Shown: positions 26,436 to 36,134 of the stretch, one piece after another | How positions within the stretch are numbered: the first letter of the stretch is position 1 | Layout of the letters: every line of letters begins with the position of its first letter | Source: Podarcis cretensis | Taxonomy: Eukaryota | Assembly (NCBI GenBank): GCA_951804945.1 | Contig: OX638153.1 | Coordinates: forward strand, 15,004,001-15,068,000 | Length of the DNA: 64,000 bases | Direction of reading: 5' to 3' | The notes under the pieces: generated by a model | What the model was told of the DNA's origin: nothing | What the model saw: only the letters and a program-made list of their open reading frames with translations | Databases searched by the model: none | Program-made: the position numbers and the translations under genes

Positions 26436-29400
26436 GTAATAATAAATATTGTATTGAAATCACAGATTTTTTTTTTAAGGGGGGTCTCCCCTCATCAGAT
26501 CACCTCGACTGAACTATAAAAATCACTTGTGGTACTTTCTAAAGCTGCCATAGCATAAAAATAGGAATCTAAGGGATGGATCCTTATGGACCCTCATAAT
26601 GTTCCATAGCCACCTTGAAATCACAGGTCACCTGTGTGATTTGTCGTCAACCTATGCTAGATCCATGAGGATCAATGTTTTTGTGTTACTAGCAAGCACT
26701 GGCTCTGAGATTTTTGACTGTGTAGTCTACCAGTATAAGCTTTAATTCGATAGTGATTGTTCAGGGGCCATGTGTAAAATCATGCAAATTAAGGGCGATC
26801 TATTTCAGTTCTGCTGGATCTAACTTTTGCTTAGAAGGACTCGTTGGAAAAGTGACATTACGTGTGTGTCCAAGTGTTCACATGTTTTCTGTCTGGTGGG
26901 GTGGGGAGAAACAGAGGGAGCAGTGCCTGCAGAGTACTCCCATAAAAATCCAATTGTGTCCCAGGGTCCCAAACAGTTGGTGTCGCTTATTTCATCTTCC
27001 CCAATTATTCTGCTGTTGATGTAAAGACTGTCCTGATACATTACTTGCTGGCTTCCTATTGTCTGCAAAGGGACATGATGCTGTAATAAGGTTTGGCTCT
27101 TGGGAACTACATTAAAAAGCTTGCTCACAGAGAAGGCAAACAAGTGAGCCTTCTTTAGAATTTTCTAGGACATGTACTTCTGGGTCTACTTCCTTATGTT
27201 TCCTCTGTCTACCGTGTTACTACCAGAGTTAATATTAACCCCACAGGTATATGATACAGTTTGGGGCAGGACGTAGTTGGCTGAAGTCCTATAGCTGTTT
27301 GATGCCAATATTCCCCCCTCCCCTTTATACTGTTGTTTGTTTTCTCCAGTAGGAAGTGTTCATGCAGGGTCTACATTCCCAGCGATTCAAGGGACTTCCT
27401 TGACGAGTCTATCTTCTCAGCCCAGCTCCCTTGTCACAGGAGGCTTTCCTTCTGAGGATGAGCAGCACAGCCAGCCTGCAGGCAATCAAGGCGTGCATCA
27501 CCTCCACTCTGCCTACCGAGTTGGTAAGGACAGTTAATTGTGGCTCTTGCAACCCTCTCACCTGCAATATGTGAAAATTGACTCTTGTGCCAAGGTCAGT
27601 TGGGAAGGTGTGCTAATTCTCACATGATGAAGTGGTTTTAGTTGTTTGGTTTAGGCTGGAATGCATAGCCACAAGACTTACAAGCCGATCACAGAAGCTT
27701 GCAGTGCATGAATCTTTTGAGGGGAATGTAAGTGGGTTTGGGGGATGGAATCACAGTGAGAAGAAGTGTGCCAGTCAGTAACGTGAGTGCACCAGCTGTC
27801 AGCAGTCCTGAGGCAGAAATAGTCTGTTGAGGAAAGACTTCTACAATACTGAGAGGTTCATAGGATTGGGGTGAATGTTACAGTGGTCTTGGTGAGTAGA
27901 TACATACATAAGGAGGGGATTTTTTGCCAGGCCGGGGGCGGGGGAAGATGCATGTTATGAATCTAGTGTGAATCAAATTGATTCAGAGATACGGCGTATG
28001 AGGATGGATGCTTAGTAACTGAGATAGTCCCTTTTACCTATGCATAGTTGAGTCTCTGGCACATAATGCACAACTAGTCCATGTTGTAGAAAACATGTCA
28101 CACCCTTATAACTACTCAGGTTCTCCTTGAGGTTAGTGTCCTCTGGAGCTCAGAGTACTTGAGCCCTGAGTTGCTTCCTCTTGCCTTCCAAGTAAAATAA
28201 TTGCAGGGCAGGGAGCTTGAGTTCAGTAGAAAACTGGGCATGGACGAAGCCAGCTTCAGCATCATCAGGTTTAAGTGCCAGGGCCTCTGAGGATCACATT
28301 AGGAATATCAAGCTACCTCAATACCAGGAGCCAAGGAGAGGATGGTAGAAACCAGTGGCTTGAAGATCCCTGCAACCCCACCCCCTGCTCTTGGCAATCA
28401 GGCTCAGGAATCTGGTCATATAATTGGACAGCTTGGCATTACACCTGGGTAGAAAAAACTGAGTCTCAACTATTGATGGGCCCAAGCAAAGTATAGCTGT
28501 TGGGTGCATTTAGGATCTCCCTCAGGTACATCAGTCTCAAGGATGCTGGCAGCTTCTCTGCTTCATTATAGTGATAATAATCTGCCTCCTTTGTGTCCCT
28601 CATGATTAGTATGGCCAATGCTGAGACACCTGACTGTGACAAAAAACAAGGGCTATCCAGTGTTTCTGGGGGTAAAGCAGAACAAGCCCTTCTGTCTGCT
28701 TTCAACAGGCATGTTTTGTGCAGTTGGGAGTCTTTCATGGACCTGTGCTCTGTGGGCACCACATGTACAGCCTTTATCTGAATTCTGGCACCTCATTCAT
28801 AAGCATTCTGGCACCTTGCTGTGCCAGACAAGCATAGTTGAGCTACTGTCTTGAAGAGGTTCTTGATTCTCGAGAAACCAAACTTTGATCAGGCTGACTC
28901 GCCACTGTTGGCTGAAGATATTTTGCTGCCCGAAGTGGAGACCAAATGCCCCGCCCTGTTGCATTGCAGGACTAGCACTGGGTCTCCCATGAAATGGGAG
29001 GAGAAACTATTGCAGATGTCAGTGGAACAAAGCCCATGGTCATGGTGTGAGGTAACTGGGCTAGAAATGACAGGCTTGTAAGACTCAACCATATGAGCCA
29101 CCTTGTTCAATATGACCTGTTCTGAGCAGAAGACATGTGTAAGATAAGCCTTGATTACTGTTCCAAGGAGGGAGATGGAACTCCCCTCAACCTCTGCTTT
29201 GTGATGAGTCCTCCAATCTCTAAGGTCTTGATACCAGATGCCCATCCTTGACTGCATTGGTTATGAGTGACTGCCAGGACTTGGTCACATTGAATGGTTC
29301 ATACCCTGCTGGTGTTGCAGGGCTATTGAGAACTTTGGTTTTCAAGGCTGATAGTGGTGTTTAACTGTAATGTCTTGGATTTATTACAAAATGGATTATC

Positions 29401-32400
29401 TTGCAGATTCCTAGAAATCAAAGTTGGCCCCTTTTGGAAAGCCTATAGAATGGATGTAACATAATTCCAACTGTGTTCTGAGGGTGGAGATCCAAAACAG
29501 CCTATGTGGTGTTATTTTGGGACAATGAACAAAATAAAATGTACACTGTCATATAAAATGGGGATTGGAGGAGGAATAAAGTTCCTAGTGGCTACTAGAA
29601 GGTGAATGGATGTGAAGAGTTTGCATGTTTCAGTGATTTTTGTAAAGCTGTCTTTTTTTGCAAAAATAAAAATTTAAACACAAATGAACCAACCAACGAT
29701 ACTTCCTTTTTCATCTCCGCCTACTGCAGTCTAATAAAATCTTAGTAATTACAGGAAAAGGAATTGATCACCGCATATTTATATGGAACAAAGAATGTTA
29801 ATTGGGGGATTCGGTCACTTATTTCTTAATTTTACTATGTTAACACATAGGGTTCTTGGGGTGTGAAGAAGAAGACACACAATGAAATGGAGAGGGAGCA
29901 GGGGTGAAGATCCATCATGTGTTCCCTCAATGCCGTTCAAAGCCTCTGTTTGTCAAGGCTCACAAGCAGTGCACAGTTTGCTTTCTATCTCTAGCACATA
30001 ATCTCCTAAATTGGAGTTTGAAAGGGAGTCCAGCTGGGGTAGAGCGTGTTGCTCTCTGCCTTTTGCTTTGAAGGGAAGGTGAAGGCATGCCTTCCAGTCC
30101 TGGCTTTGGGCTGACATCCTTGGGGCATAAGATATATCTGGGATGGAGCATTGTTACCCTTTACCATTTAACACTGTGGTAAAATGTACTAGCCCAGGTA
30201 GGTGGGCTTGTAAGATGTCCAGAATTTGGGGTCAGCCTGAAATGTTCTGGCTTTCCCTGGTCACAGTGTATCCCTATACTACTCTGGACTAGGTTTGTAT
30301 TTACTTGCAGTTGGATTCCCAGTTGGCCATATTGAAATTGATTGCCAGTGGGAACCTGGGCATTTTCAAAACTCCTTAAATATGGAGAATCCAGACTGTC
30401 CTGAGTTGCTCTCCATATTGTGGTTGGTGTCCTTATCCATTCTATGGCAGAATGATGTAGAGGAGGGGTTTGTGTCACTGGAGTCCCCTTGGAAATATTG
30501 TCTCCCTGTTTTGACTGTTGTCACAAATATGAAAGAGTACAGGAGCAGAGGGGGGAAGCCTAACACAACAGAGAGTGTTGTTTTGCATAGGAACTGAGGG
30601 CATAACTGAATGGTGAATGTTGATGTCTGTGTTTAAACAAAATGAAAAATGAAAATAAAAAGTCCCGCTGGCTTTCTATTTGTTTTTTTTTAAAGCTGCT
30701 TTTGAAAGAGCAGGGGAAGATGTACATTTGTGCTTCCCCCCACCCGCTGCTTCTCAGCTCCAGATCGTTCTGCAAGCTGTTGCTTTGTCTTCTCCCAAAT
30801 CCACAGGGATTACAAATGTTGTCAACCTTTTTACCACCTTGCAAAGATAAGCAGAGACACCATTTGGCATTTGCCATCTCCTAGCTCATTTCTATGAGAT
30901 GGTTGCGAATGGGTGGGCACCACCCCTCTTAAGTCTTGTGGGGCTTAACTTGGTTGTCTGAAATTTTGAATTTGCACTTCCCTGCAGGAATGTTAGCACT
31001 GGAGATGCTTGGCCGCAGAGCTCACAATGACCACCCCAACAACTTCTCACGCAGCCCACCCTACACAGAAGATGTGAAATGGCTCCTGGGATTAGCTGCC
31101 AAATTAGGTAAGGCCCAAGGCAGAGTAAAGGTTCACTTAGTCCTAAGGCAACATTTTCCACCAAGCTCTTCTGCTTTTCGTGTATCTTCATCTGATTGCC
31201 CAAACTGTAGCATTGATTCTAGAACTGAATAAAATGTGGAAAATAAAATTAATTTGCAAAGACAGACCACAGTAAATATTGTAGCTTCTGATCCATAACA
31301 GAAGACTATCGCATGGAGATGTAAATGACACCAAAACTGAGCAGCTTAAAGGGTTTTTTTAGGCACTGCAGGGATGGCTAACCTTTTACGGGCCAAGGAC
31401 TGCATTGACCCATGGTCAGTTGTATGGGGGTCCCAGGTGTGGCCTATGGTATGGGACCCCCATAAAAGTGGCTACAAGTAATTCCCCCTTTTTTTTTAAA
31501 AAAGGGATTTTTGATGGGCCATAAAAACATTCTGGCATCACAGTAGGTAACTTCAGGAACTACGAATAATTCTATTTTAAAAATAGAAAAATTGCCGGAC
31601 TGGGGTGTTTTTTTAAGAAAACAAAACAACTCTTAGCATCATGATATCAGAGTGAGAGACCTGGAGGAGCAGTAGAACATAAAAATACATAGGGGTGGGG
31701 AAGCAAAAAAAAAGCTTTGGGCGTGTGGATAAGGCCCATGCATTAGTCCAAGTGTAATTTAGAATTTTGCTAAAGTTCTGTAAAAAGAAAATCAGTGTTT
31801 GTGGATTACTCTTATATTAGCTAGATTCCTCAATACTTTGTTTTAATGGCTGGTAAGTGAAAAGTAAGGCTGGCAGATTCTCCCTTGTCTGATGTGTGCT
31901 CTGGCTCATTGCAGCAAATTTGTAGATGCTGTGCTCTGCCCCTTGCTAAGGAGGAGGAGTAGTTGTCCTCTTGGGTTTTCAGTATGTTTTGGCTGTTCTT
32001 TCTACTTGACTTCATCCACCTTTATTTTTCTGCAGGTGTCAACTATGTGCATCAATTCTGTCTTGGTGCAGCCAAGGGGGTCCTGAGCCCTTTTGTGTTG
32101 CAAGAGATCATCATGGAATCCCTGCAGAGGCTCAATCCTGCCCATGTCCACAATCACCTGCGCACACCAGCCTTCCACCAGTTGGTACAGAGGTGCCAGC
32201 AGGCATACATACAGGTACATATGCCCCTTCCTTTCCATTGGGTCAAGCTTGCTTCACCTAGGTGCTCCTTGCTGCTCCAGAAAGCATAGCCACACCATCA
32301 TCTAAATACCTGCCTGGATAACGTGAAGGCTGTTAAGTCAAAGCACTTGTAGGTTAATAGTAGGTGAATAACCTCCTAATGCCCCTTAAAGGCTGGCAGA

Positions 32401-32966
32401 ATGAGATTCTTCATTTCTCACTTAGTGTATGTGTTGAGAAAACTGAGAATTAAGTCTTTATTACAGTATTGCTTGACTGTCTAGGCGGCCTTTTGTTTTG
32501 TTGTGTTGATCCTGGGCCTCAAAGTCTGCTTGTCATCCCTCCTCTGGGAGAATAAATGAGAGCCAGTGTAGGGCAGAGCTAGAATGCTGAACCTTGACTC
32601 TTGAGTCAACGTTGTTGAGGGATCTTGGGCCAGCCTCTCCCAAGACGTTTCTGCCAGCACAGCAGCAAAAGGGGAAGAGTGTGATCAGGTAGAACATGGA
32701 AAATGCATTATTACCTTGGAGGCTGTATCTGAACATCATTTCCCCCTTGTGTCCCCTAAAAGTACATCCACCACCGGCTGATCCACCTCACTCCGGCAGA
32801 CTACGATGACTTTGTGAATGCCATTCGCAGCGCCAGAAGCGCCTTCTGCCTGACCCCTATGGGCATGATGCAATTCAATGACATCCTTCAGAACCTGAAG
32901 CGCAGCAAGCAGACTAAGGATTTGTGGCAAAGGGTCTCTTTGGAAATGACCACCTTTTCACCATGA
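4655..32966 (+). CDS. ZSWIM8: ZSWIM8, zinc finger SWIM-type containing 8 (5'-partial, 19 coding exons in window)
   Basis: Exon translations match recognisable ZSWIM8 peptides (SDVNSMYLSSTEPPAAAEWACLLRPL, GMKTTVSEAEHPLLCEGTRREKGDLALALM, HRNLHLCAFEIGLYALGLHNF, LWQRVSLEMTTFSP*). GT-AG junctions give one continuous 4561-nt frame. Confidence 0.97.
5169..5344 (+). CDS. ZSWIM8: ZSWIM8 coding exon (2nd in window)
   Basis: ctacag|ATAACC...CATCG|gtaggt; ITGWWYSVRTSASH...LWRLAVLDPTISPH. Confidence 0.93.
6079..6297. mobile_element. Tc1/mariner-type MITE
   Basis: TA|CAGTGGTACCTC...GAGGTTCCACTG|TA terminal inverted repeats with TA TSD. Confidence 0.85.
6390..7398 (+). CDS. ZSWIM8: ZSWIM8 large coding exon (3rd in window; acidic, likely disordered region)
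   Basis: ttctag|GCGG...ATGGAG|gtaagg; RDLCAQLRQWQLKVI...PLEQENRME. Confidence 0.94.
7770..7965 (+). mobile_element. Old tRNA-derived squamate SINE (Squam2-like); similar remnants at ~5820-5937 and ~24670-24795
   Basis: Degenerate B-box-like head and a shared body (GGAAA..CTGCCTGA..CTGCTGC..GACA..ATGGTC). Confidence 0.45.
7997..8273. mobile_element. Head-to-tail dimer of a 136-bp palindromic hAT MITE under one 8-bp TSD
   Basis: Units 7997-8132 and 8138-8273, TIR CAGTGTTTCCCAACC, TSD GGCTAGAG at 7989-7996 / 8274-8281. Confidence 0.9.
8654..8785 (+). CDS. ZSWIM8: ZSWIM8 coding exon (4th)
   Basis: ttacag|ATCCTG...ACCAAG|gtacag; ILFACAEALYAHGYS...QPPTK. Confidence 0.93.
9571..9806. mobile_element. 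Truncated Tc1/mariner-type MITE
   Basis: TA|CAGTAGTACCTTGG start, internal TGGTTTAAGAA repeats, right TIR missing. Confidence 0.65.
10138..10317 (+). CDS. ZSWIM8: ZSWIM8 coding exon (5th)
   Basis: ccacag|GGAAAG...TTGGAG|gtaagt; GKKNKVSTSKQTW...STKALE. Confidence 0.93.
10556..10739 (+). CDS. ZSWIM8: ZSWIM8 coding exon (6th)
   Basis: cacag|GTAAAG...CCAG|gtaaag; VKLAYQESEI...FDVLCTP. Confidence 0.92.
11733..11831 (+). CDS. ZSWIM8: ZSWIM8 coding exon (7th)
   Basis: tcccag|TGGTT...CTTG|gtgagt; VSPTGSRPPSRNWNNEMPGDEELGFEAAVAAL. Confidence 0.93.
12100..12224 (+). CDS. ZSWIM8: ZSWIM8 coding exon (8th)
   Basis: ttccag|GCATG...AAAAAA|gtatgt; MKTTVSEAEHPLLCEG...SKLKK. Confidence 0.93.
12325..13096 (-). 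mobile_element. 5'-truncated L1-clade LINE (ORF2 C-terminus and 3' UTR)
   Basis: CWKC...HMWWGC zinc-knuckle region, ORF 12472-12882, approximate TSD TAGT(A/T)GTTTCTC. Confidence 0.8.
13454..13688 (+). CDS. ZSWIM8: ZSWIM8 coding exon (9th)
   Basis: ttaaag|ATCTTG...CAAG|gtatga; ILDKLLDRESQTHKPQTLSSFYSS. Confidence 0.9.
14077..14229 (+). CDS. ZSWIM8: ZSWIM8 coding exon (10th)
   Basis: tcccag|ATAAC...ACAG|gtaact; KVPSRLALGNRGGYNGRCWGSPVRQKKKHT. Confidence 0.91.
15200..15600 (+). mobile_element. Old CR1 LINE fragment
   Basis: EYCVQFWSPH-type motif (gaatactgtgtacagttctggtcacccc) with decayed 3' sequence. Confidence 0.55.
15880..16090 (-). mobile_element. Old CR1 LINE fragment
   Basis: Reverse complement reads YCVQFWVPHFK...LGAL(F)SLEKRSL. 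Confidence 0.6.
16453..16809. mobile_element. hAT-like MITE
   Basis: CAGGG...CCCTG ends, CpG-rich GATCGAC/GATCTAC subterminal motifs. Confidence 0.55.
16925..17575. mobile_element. Two old L2-like 3' fragments in opposite orientations
   Basis: AFSAIAPSLWNSLP on the + strand (~16940-16985); an oppositely oriented decayed copy at ~17195-17575. Confidence 0.5.
17905..18127 (+). CDS. ZSWIM8: ZSWIM8 coding exon (11th; Ser-rich)
   Basis: ttgcag|GAATG...GGCAG|gtaaga; MASIDSSAPETTSDSSPTLSRRPLRGGW. Confidence 0.94.
18988..19277 (+). CDS. ZSWIM8: ZSWIM8 coding exon (12th)
   Basis: tttcag|GTATAAG...ACAG|gtagga; YKGRRPESHAPHVPNQPSEAAAHFYFELAK. Confidence 0.94.
19987..20035. repeat. (TA)n(GA)n compound microsatellite
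   Basis: Read directly. Confidence 0.9.
21396..21619 (+). CDS. ZSWIM8: ZSWIM8 coding exon (13th)
   Basis: ttctag|GGCAA...GAGCAG|gtgagc; QAMEIGSAALNILVECWDGHLTPPEV. Confidence 0.94.
22985..23595 (-). mobile_element. Young 5'-truncated L1-clade LINE with 19-bp TSD
   Basis: ORF2 end (FPKKPEAFLLG...WKKFKIYLK); perfect TSD CATGCGCATTCTGCCTCAT at 22966-22984 / 23596-23614. Confidence 0.88.
24004..24486 (+). CDS. ZSWIM8: ZSWIM8 coding exon (14th)
   Basis: ttgcag|GATAAT...CCCCAA|gtaagt; DNLMLEKACLAVEEAAKGGGVYPEVLFEVAHQW. Confidence 0.94.
25162..25330 (+). CDS. ZSWIM8: ZSWIM8 coding exon (15th)
   Basis: ttgcag|GGTGTC...GCAA|gtgagt; GVHPAFIGAQYPYSVT. Confidence 0.92.
26384..26444. repeat. (AAT)n microsatellite
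   Basis: Read directly. Confidence 0.95.
27350..27523 (+). CDS. ZSWIM8: ZSWIM8 coding exon (16th; tandem NAGNAG acceptor)
   Basis: ctccag|TAG|GAAGT...GTTG|gtaagg; GSVHAGSTFPAIQG...LHSAYRV. Confidence 0.9.
27700..30600 (-). mobile_element. Second heavily decayed DIRS-like retrotransposon; boundaries approximate
   Basis: Minus-strand relics in RT order: TIWRATQDS-WILHI (~30375-30425), PILDI (~30210-30235), DWKACLHLP resembling DLKDAYFHIP (~30070-30100), LPFKL resembling LPFGL (~30013-30028); RNase H-like LLRT..IEQGG (~29095-29135). Confidence 0.5.
30988..31107 (+). CDS. ZSWIM8: ZSWIM8 coding exon (17th)
   Basis: ctgcag|GAATG...TTAG|gtaagg; MLALEMLGRRAHNDHPNNFSRSPPYTEDVKWLLGLAAKL. Confidence 0.94.
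32036..32214 (+). CDS. ZSWIM8: ZSWIM8 coding exon (18th)
   Basis: ctgcag|GTGTC...ATACAG|gtacat; VNYVHQFCLGAAKGVLSPFVLQEI. Confidence 0.94.
32763..32966 (+). CDS. ZSWIM8: ZSWIM8 last coding exon with TGA stop
   Basis: taaaag|TACATC...CCATGA; YIHHRLIHLTPADYDDFVNAIRSARSAFCLTPMG...TFSP*. Confidence 0.94.
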   Translation, partial: YIHHRLIHLTPADYDDFVNAIRSARSAFCLTPMGMMQFNDILQNLKRSKQTKDLWQRVSLEMTTFSP

Positions 32967-33768
32967 CGGCTTGGGGGTGGCTTCTTTTAGCTAGAGTTCT
33001 GTTCGTGGCACCCTTCCATACCGGATCTTTTTTTTTTTTAGCTGTTGGAAACCACCGATTTGATGTATTTATACCAAGGCATTCCTCTTCGTGCAACTGT
33101 GACTGTGCTCCACTTCCCTTGTTTTCTTCTCCCCAGCAGGTGGAGTCAAGAAAGTAGTTTTGCAAGTGCAAGGAAGTACGTGGGTGTGTATGAGAGTGTT
33201 TTCTGTGTGAGAGTTGCGGGGGTTGGGGGGGGGGAGAGGGAGAGTTGTCTGGCTGGCTGATACTTGGCCAATGCTTTCAGCCCCCTTCCTGTGCAGTTTT
33301 CTAAATGAGGGTGTGTGTGTGTGCCTGCATGTTAAGGGCGTAGGGTGGAGCCTGTCCTTTATAATATTTATTTTAGCATTTATAAATATGTATACTACTT
33401 TCTATAAGGTTTTAAAAATTTCATTCATCATAGGGCCAGGAGAGGCAAGAGTTTTCTTTTTGCGCATCCTGGGCTCCTCCGTCACCATTCCGCCTGCAGC
33501 AACTACCCAGAGGAGCTCAGGCTGAAGCAGAAAGAGCTCCGTCAGCCAGCATTGCCTACATGTTTGGATGGGCAAAAGGCCCCAGAACAGTATTGAGCTG
33601 GCTACTGCAGTCTCTTTGCTGCTTGGACTGTGGGCCCCAAAGAGTTTTCGTCATCAGGCTTTGTAGGATGTTCCAACCATGGTGGTTCTGAGTTGTACAG
33701 TCATGTTACTTTGGCTGGGATGTTAGCTCTCCTGTAATCAATTTCTTATTCCTTGTTTCAGTTTCCTG

Positions 33769-33774
33769 ATTAAA
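33769..33774 (+). terminator. Candidate proximal ZSWIM8 poly(A) signal (ATTAAA)
   Basis: ATTAAA about 800 nt after the stop, in U-rich context. Confidence 0.5.
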
Positions 33775-36084
33775 ACACTCATTTTCTTAGACTGATTCTC
33801 TTCTCCACCCTTCTGTTAATCATGCTGAGGATGCGATAAAACACGGAACTTAAGACTGTCTGCAGCAGGAGGTTGTTACCTTGTAACACGAATGGTCTTT
33901 GAGGTACACCAGAATTTCATTGCGATTCTGCTCACCATGCTAACACACAGTACTAGGCAATGAGCTAACCTGGTTAGAGAAAGGCAGGTCATCCGAGGCA
34001 GGTTAGAATGTGAAGAAAGGGGTTTGGGCTCTCTTGCTCCTAAACACAGATGGATTATTCCTGACATTGTCCTTTCCTTTCCTGTTTTGATTGTTCTTTA
34101 CCTATTTGCAATTTGCCTTGTTAAGTTGTTTGGGGGCATTTTTTGTATAAAGTGATGAATACAGTAAATAATATCACTAACAAAAATAGTAGAATCAAAA
34201 TCCTAAGACAGCCCTATTGGATCAGACCAAGGATTCTCCCCCTTAAGCATCCTATTTCTAACACAGGCATGCTCACAAAATTCTAGGTTGTTTACTGACA
34301 GCTTCCCTCTCTGGTAGTTCTGATTCTTTCTTTCACTATTAGTAGCTTTGATACTGTTATATACTACGGTAATTTTTCAAGTAAAGAAGTTTGGCTACTG
34401 GCCCTGTAAAGCAAGGAGAAGATAGTAAGTATTATCCCCCCCCCCCAAAAAAAAAACACCCTGGTGTGGCATTGCATACTTCCTATTCTTACACTATAAA
34501 GGAGGCTGTTTTTACTGATAGGTTATGAGAAATAATTGTATTTTTGTAACAGCAACACTTCTAGGAGATACTGTGTATGCTAGCTGGATCCACTGAATTA
34601 TGGTTTATCAAGAAGCCCTAGGTTTTTGTCACCTGTGTTTGACATTGTGCTTTCCACCCCCACCCCCCAAATGGTGGTTCTGCTCTGGGTTTCTGCCCTA
34701 TAAGGTCCTGGTGTTGGTATCTGCTAAAGATTTTTTCAAATATTTGTTTTGGCAGAGTTGGTGCTTCCAATAAGCAAGTCTTCTACCCTTGGAAGCTGCC
34801 TTGCCTTTTTATAGTTTCCTTGGCCTTTGTATGGGTTTGTATTTTTCGACACCTGTGCTATGAATTCTGTTTGCAGTCCTGTTATGTGGTTTTAGGCAGA
34901 TTCCTGCCAGTGTGGCTCTTTTGTCTCCCTTTCAGCCTTTTCCATTAATCCTCTTAATTTTTCAAAGTTTTCTCTCTCGAAATGAAATGTCAGACTTTCT
35001 TGGCATGTTTCAATTTAAGTTGGTTACTGTGGGTGGTTTTGACAGTAGTTGCATCTAGCAGGTCAGAATCAGTACCATGTCTATCTATCACTTTCCATAG
35101 CAAGTGCCCAGCCTGGTTTTAATATGCACCCCCCTGTCTAAGTGTTTTTGTGCCTGTGATTATTATAAAAGCTAAATATGGGGCAGGTAAGGCAAGGGCA
35201 TGCATAAAAGATTTCAGCTTTTCTTCTTTTGTTTGAGCACATTATTCATGGTGGATCATTAATATGTCATAGTCTCAACTGTTTTTTTGCGGCCCCTACT
35301 GTCTATTAAGTCCTTTATTTTGCTTCTTCCTATGAAATGATGTGTTTCTTTGTGATTATAGACTGGACCCTTTTTGGAATTGTGCAGCCTTTCTCAGTGG
35401 TAGTGCTCTAAGTACAAGTGCAGCAATACTTCTCGGTTTTTGCAGTTTAACTTTTTTCCAGTTACAAATGAGCATATGTGTATGTTATCGGCAGCTAGCA
35501 TATGCTCTCAATTAATAGATATAAACATTGGAGATATAACTTGATGTCGGTATCAACATCTTGCCATTGTAACGACTGTTTCCTGAGGAAACTCGTTATC
35601 TGAACTTGGTGTGTTCAAATCCTCACAATCCTAATTAGCTGTCTTGAGAGAAGTGATATCTAACTGCCACAGAAGGTGGCTTTAATCAGGGCTTTTTTTT
35701 CAGCCAGAACCTCTCACGTGGGCGCCATTGCCATTCTAAGAGAAGGAGGGAAATGTTGTTGGTGAGTTCCGCTTTTATTCATTTGCAGATGCTCAGTTTG
35801 AAGTGTCAGAATAGCCCCTTCCACTTAGGGGGAGAGAAAATTGAGCTAGTTGAAGTAGCAGGGGGTGCAGGGCAGGTTATCTGGCCACCTATTGTGTTAA
35901 AAGCCTAGTATGTTTTTTTGGCACATGCACAAGAGAGGTAAAATAGCCATGGGCCCCTTTTAGCCGTCGTGGGGTCCAGGGCGATCTCTGCCATGCAGTG
36001 TTGAAGCAGCTGCTTTGTTTCCTTGTATGTTCATAGCTGGCTGTTGTGGAGGTGTGTGGTACAACCGAACACTAGTCACAGAGA

Positions 36085-36090
36085 AATAAA
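36085..36090 (+). terminator. Candidate distal ZSWIM8 poly(A) signal (AATAAA)
   Basis: AATAAA just before the NDST2 3' end. Confidence 0.4.
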
Positions 36091-36099
36091 GTAAGTACA

Positions 36100-36134
36100 T
36101 TTATTGACTCCAAATGCTACGTCTAACCTTTATT
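36100..36134 (-). terminator. Candidate NDST2 poly(A) signals (AATAAA at 36129-36134 and 36100-36105)
   Basis: Two minus-strand AATAAA about 1.35 kb after the stop, downstream of an AU-rich UTR segment with UGUAAAUA at 36340-36347. Confidence 0.55.

Noticed and set aside
26251-26519. Poly-Leu and poly-Ile ORFs (also 56145-56564)
   Set aside because: Translations of (AAT)n microsatellites.
32755-32765. AAG acceptors at 32762 and 13453 as possible non-canonical or U12 introns
   Set aside because: Both are GT-AG introns with ordinary U2-type donors; AAG is uncommon but normal.
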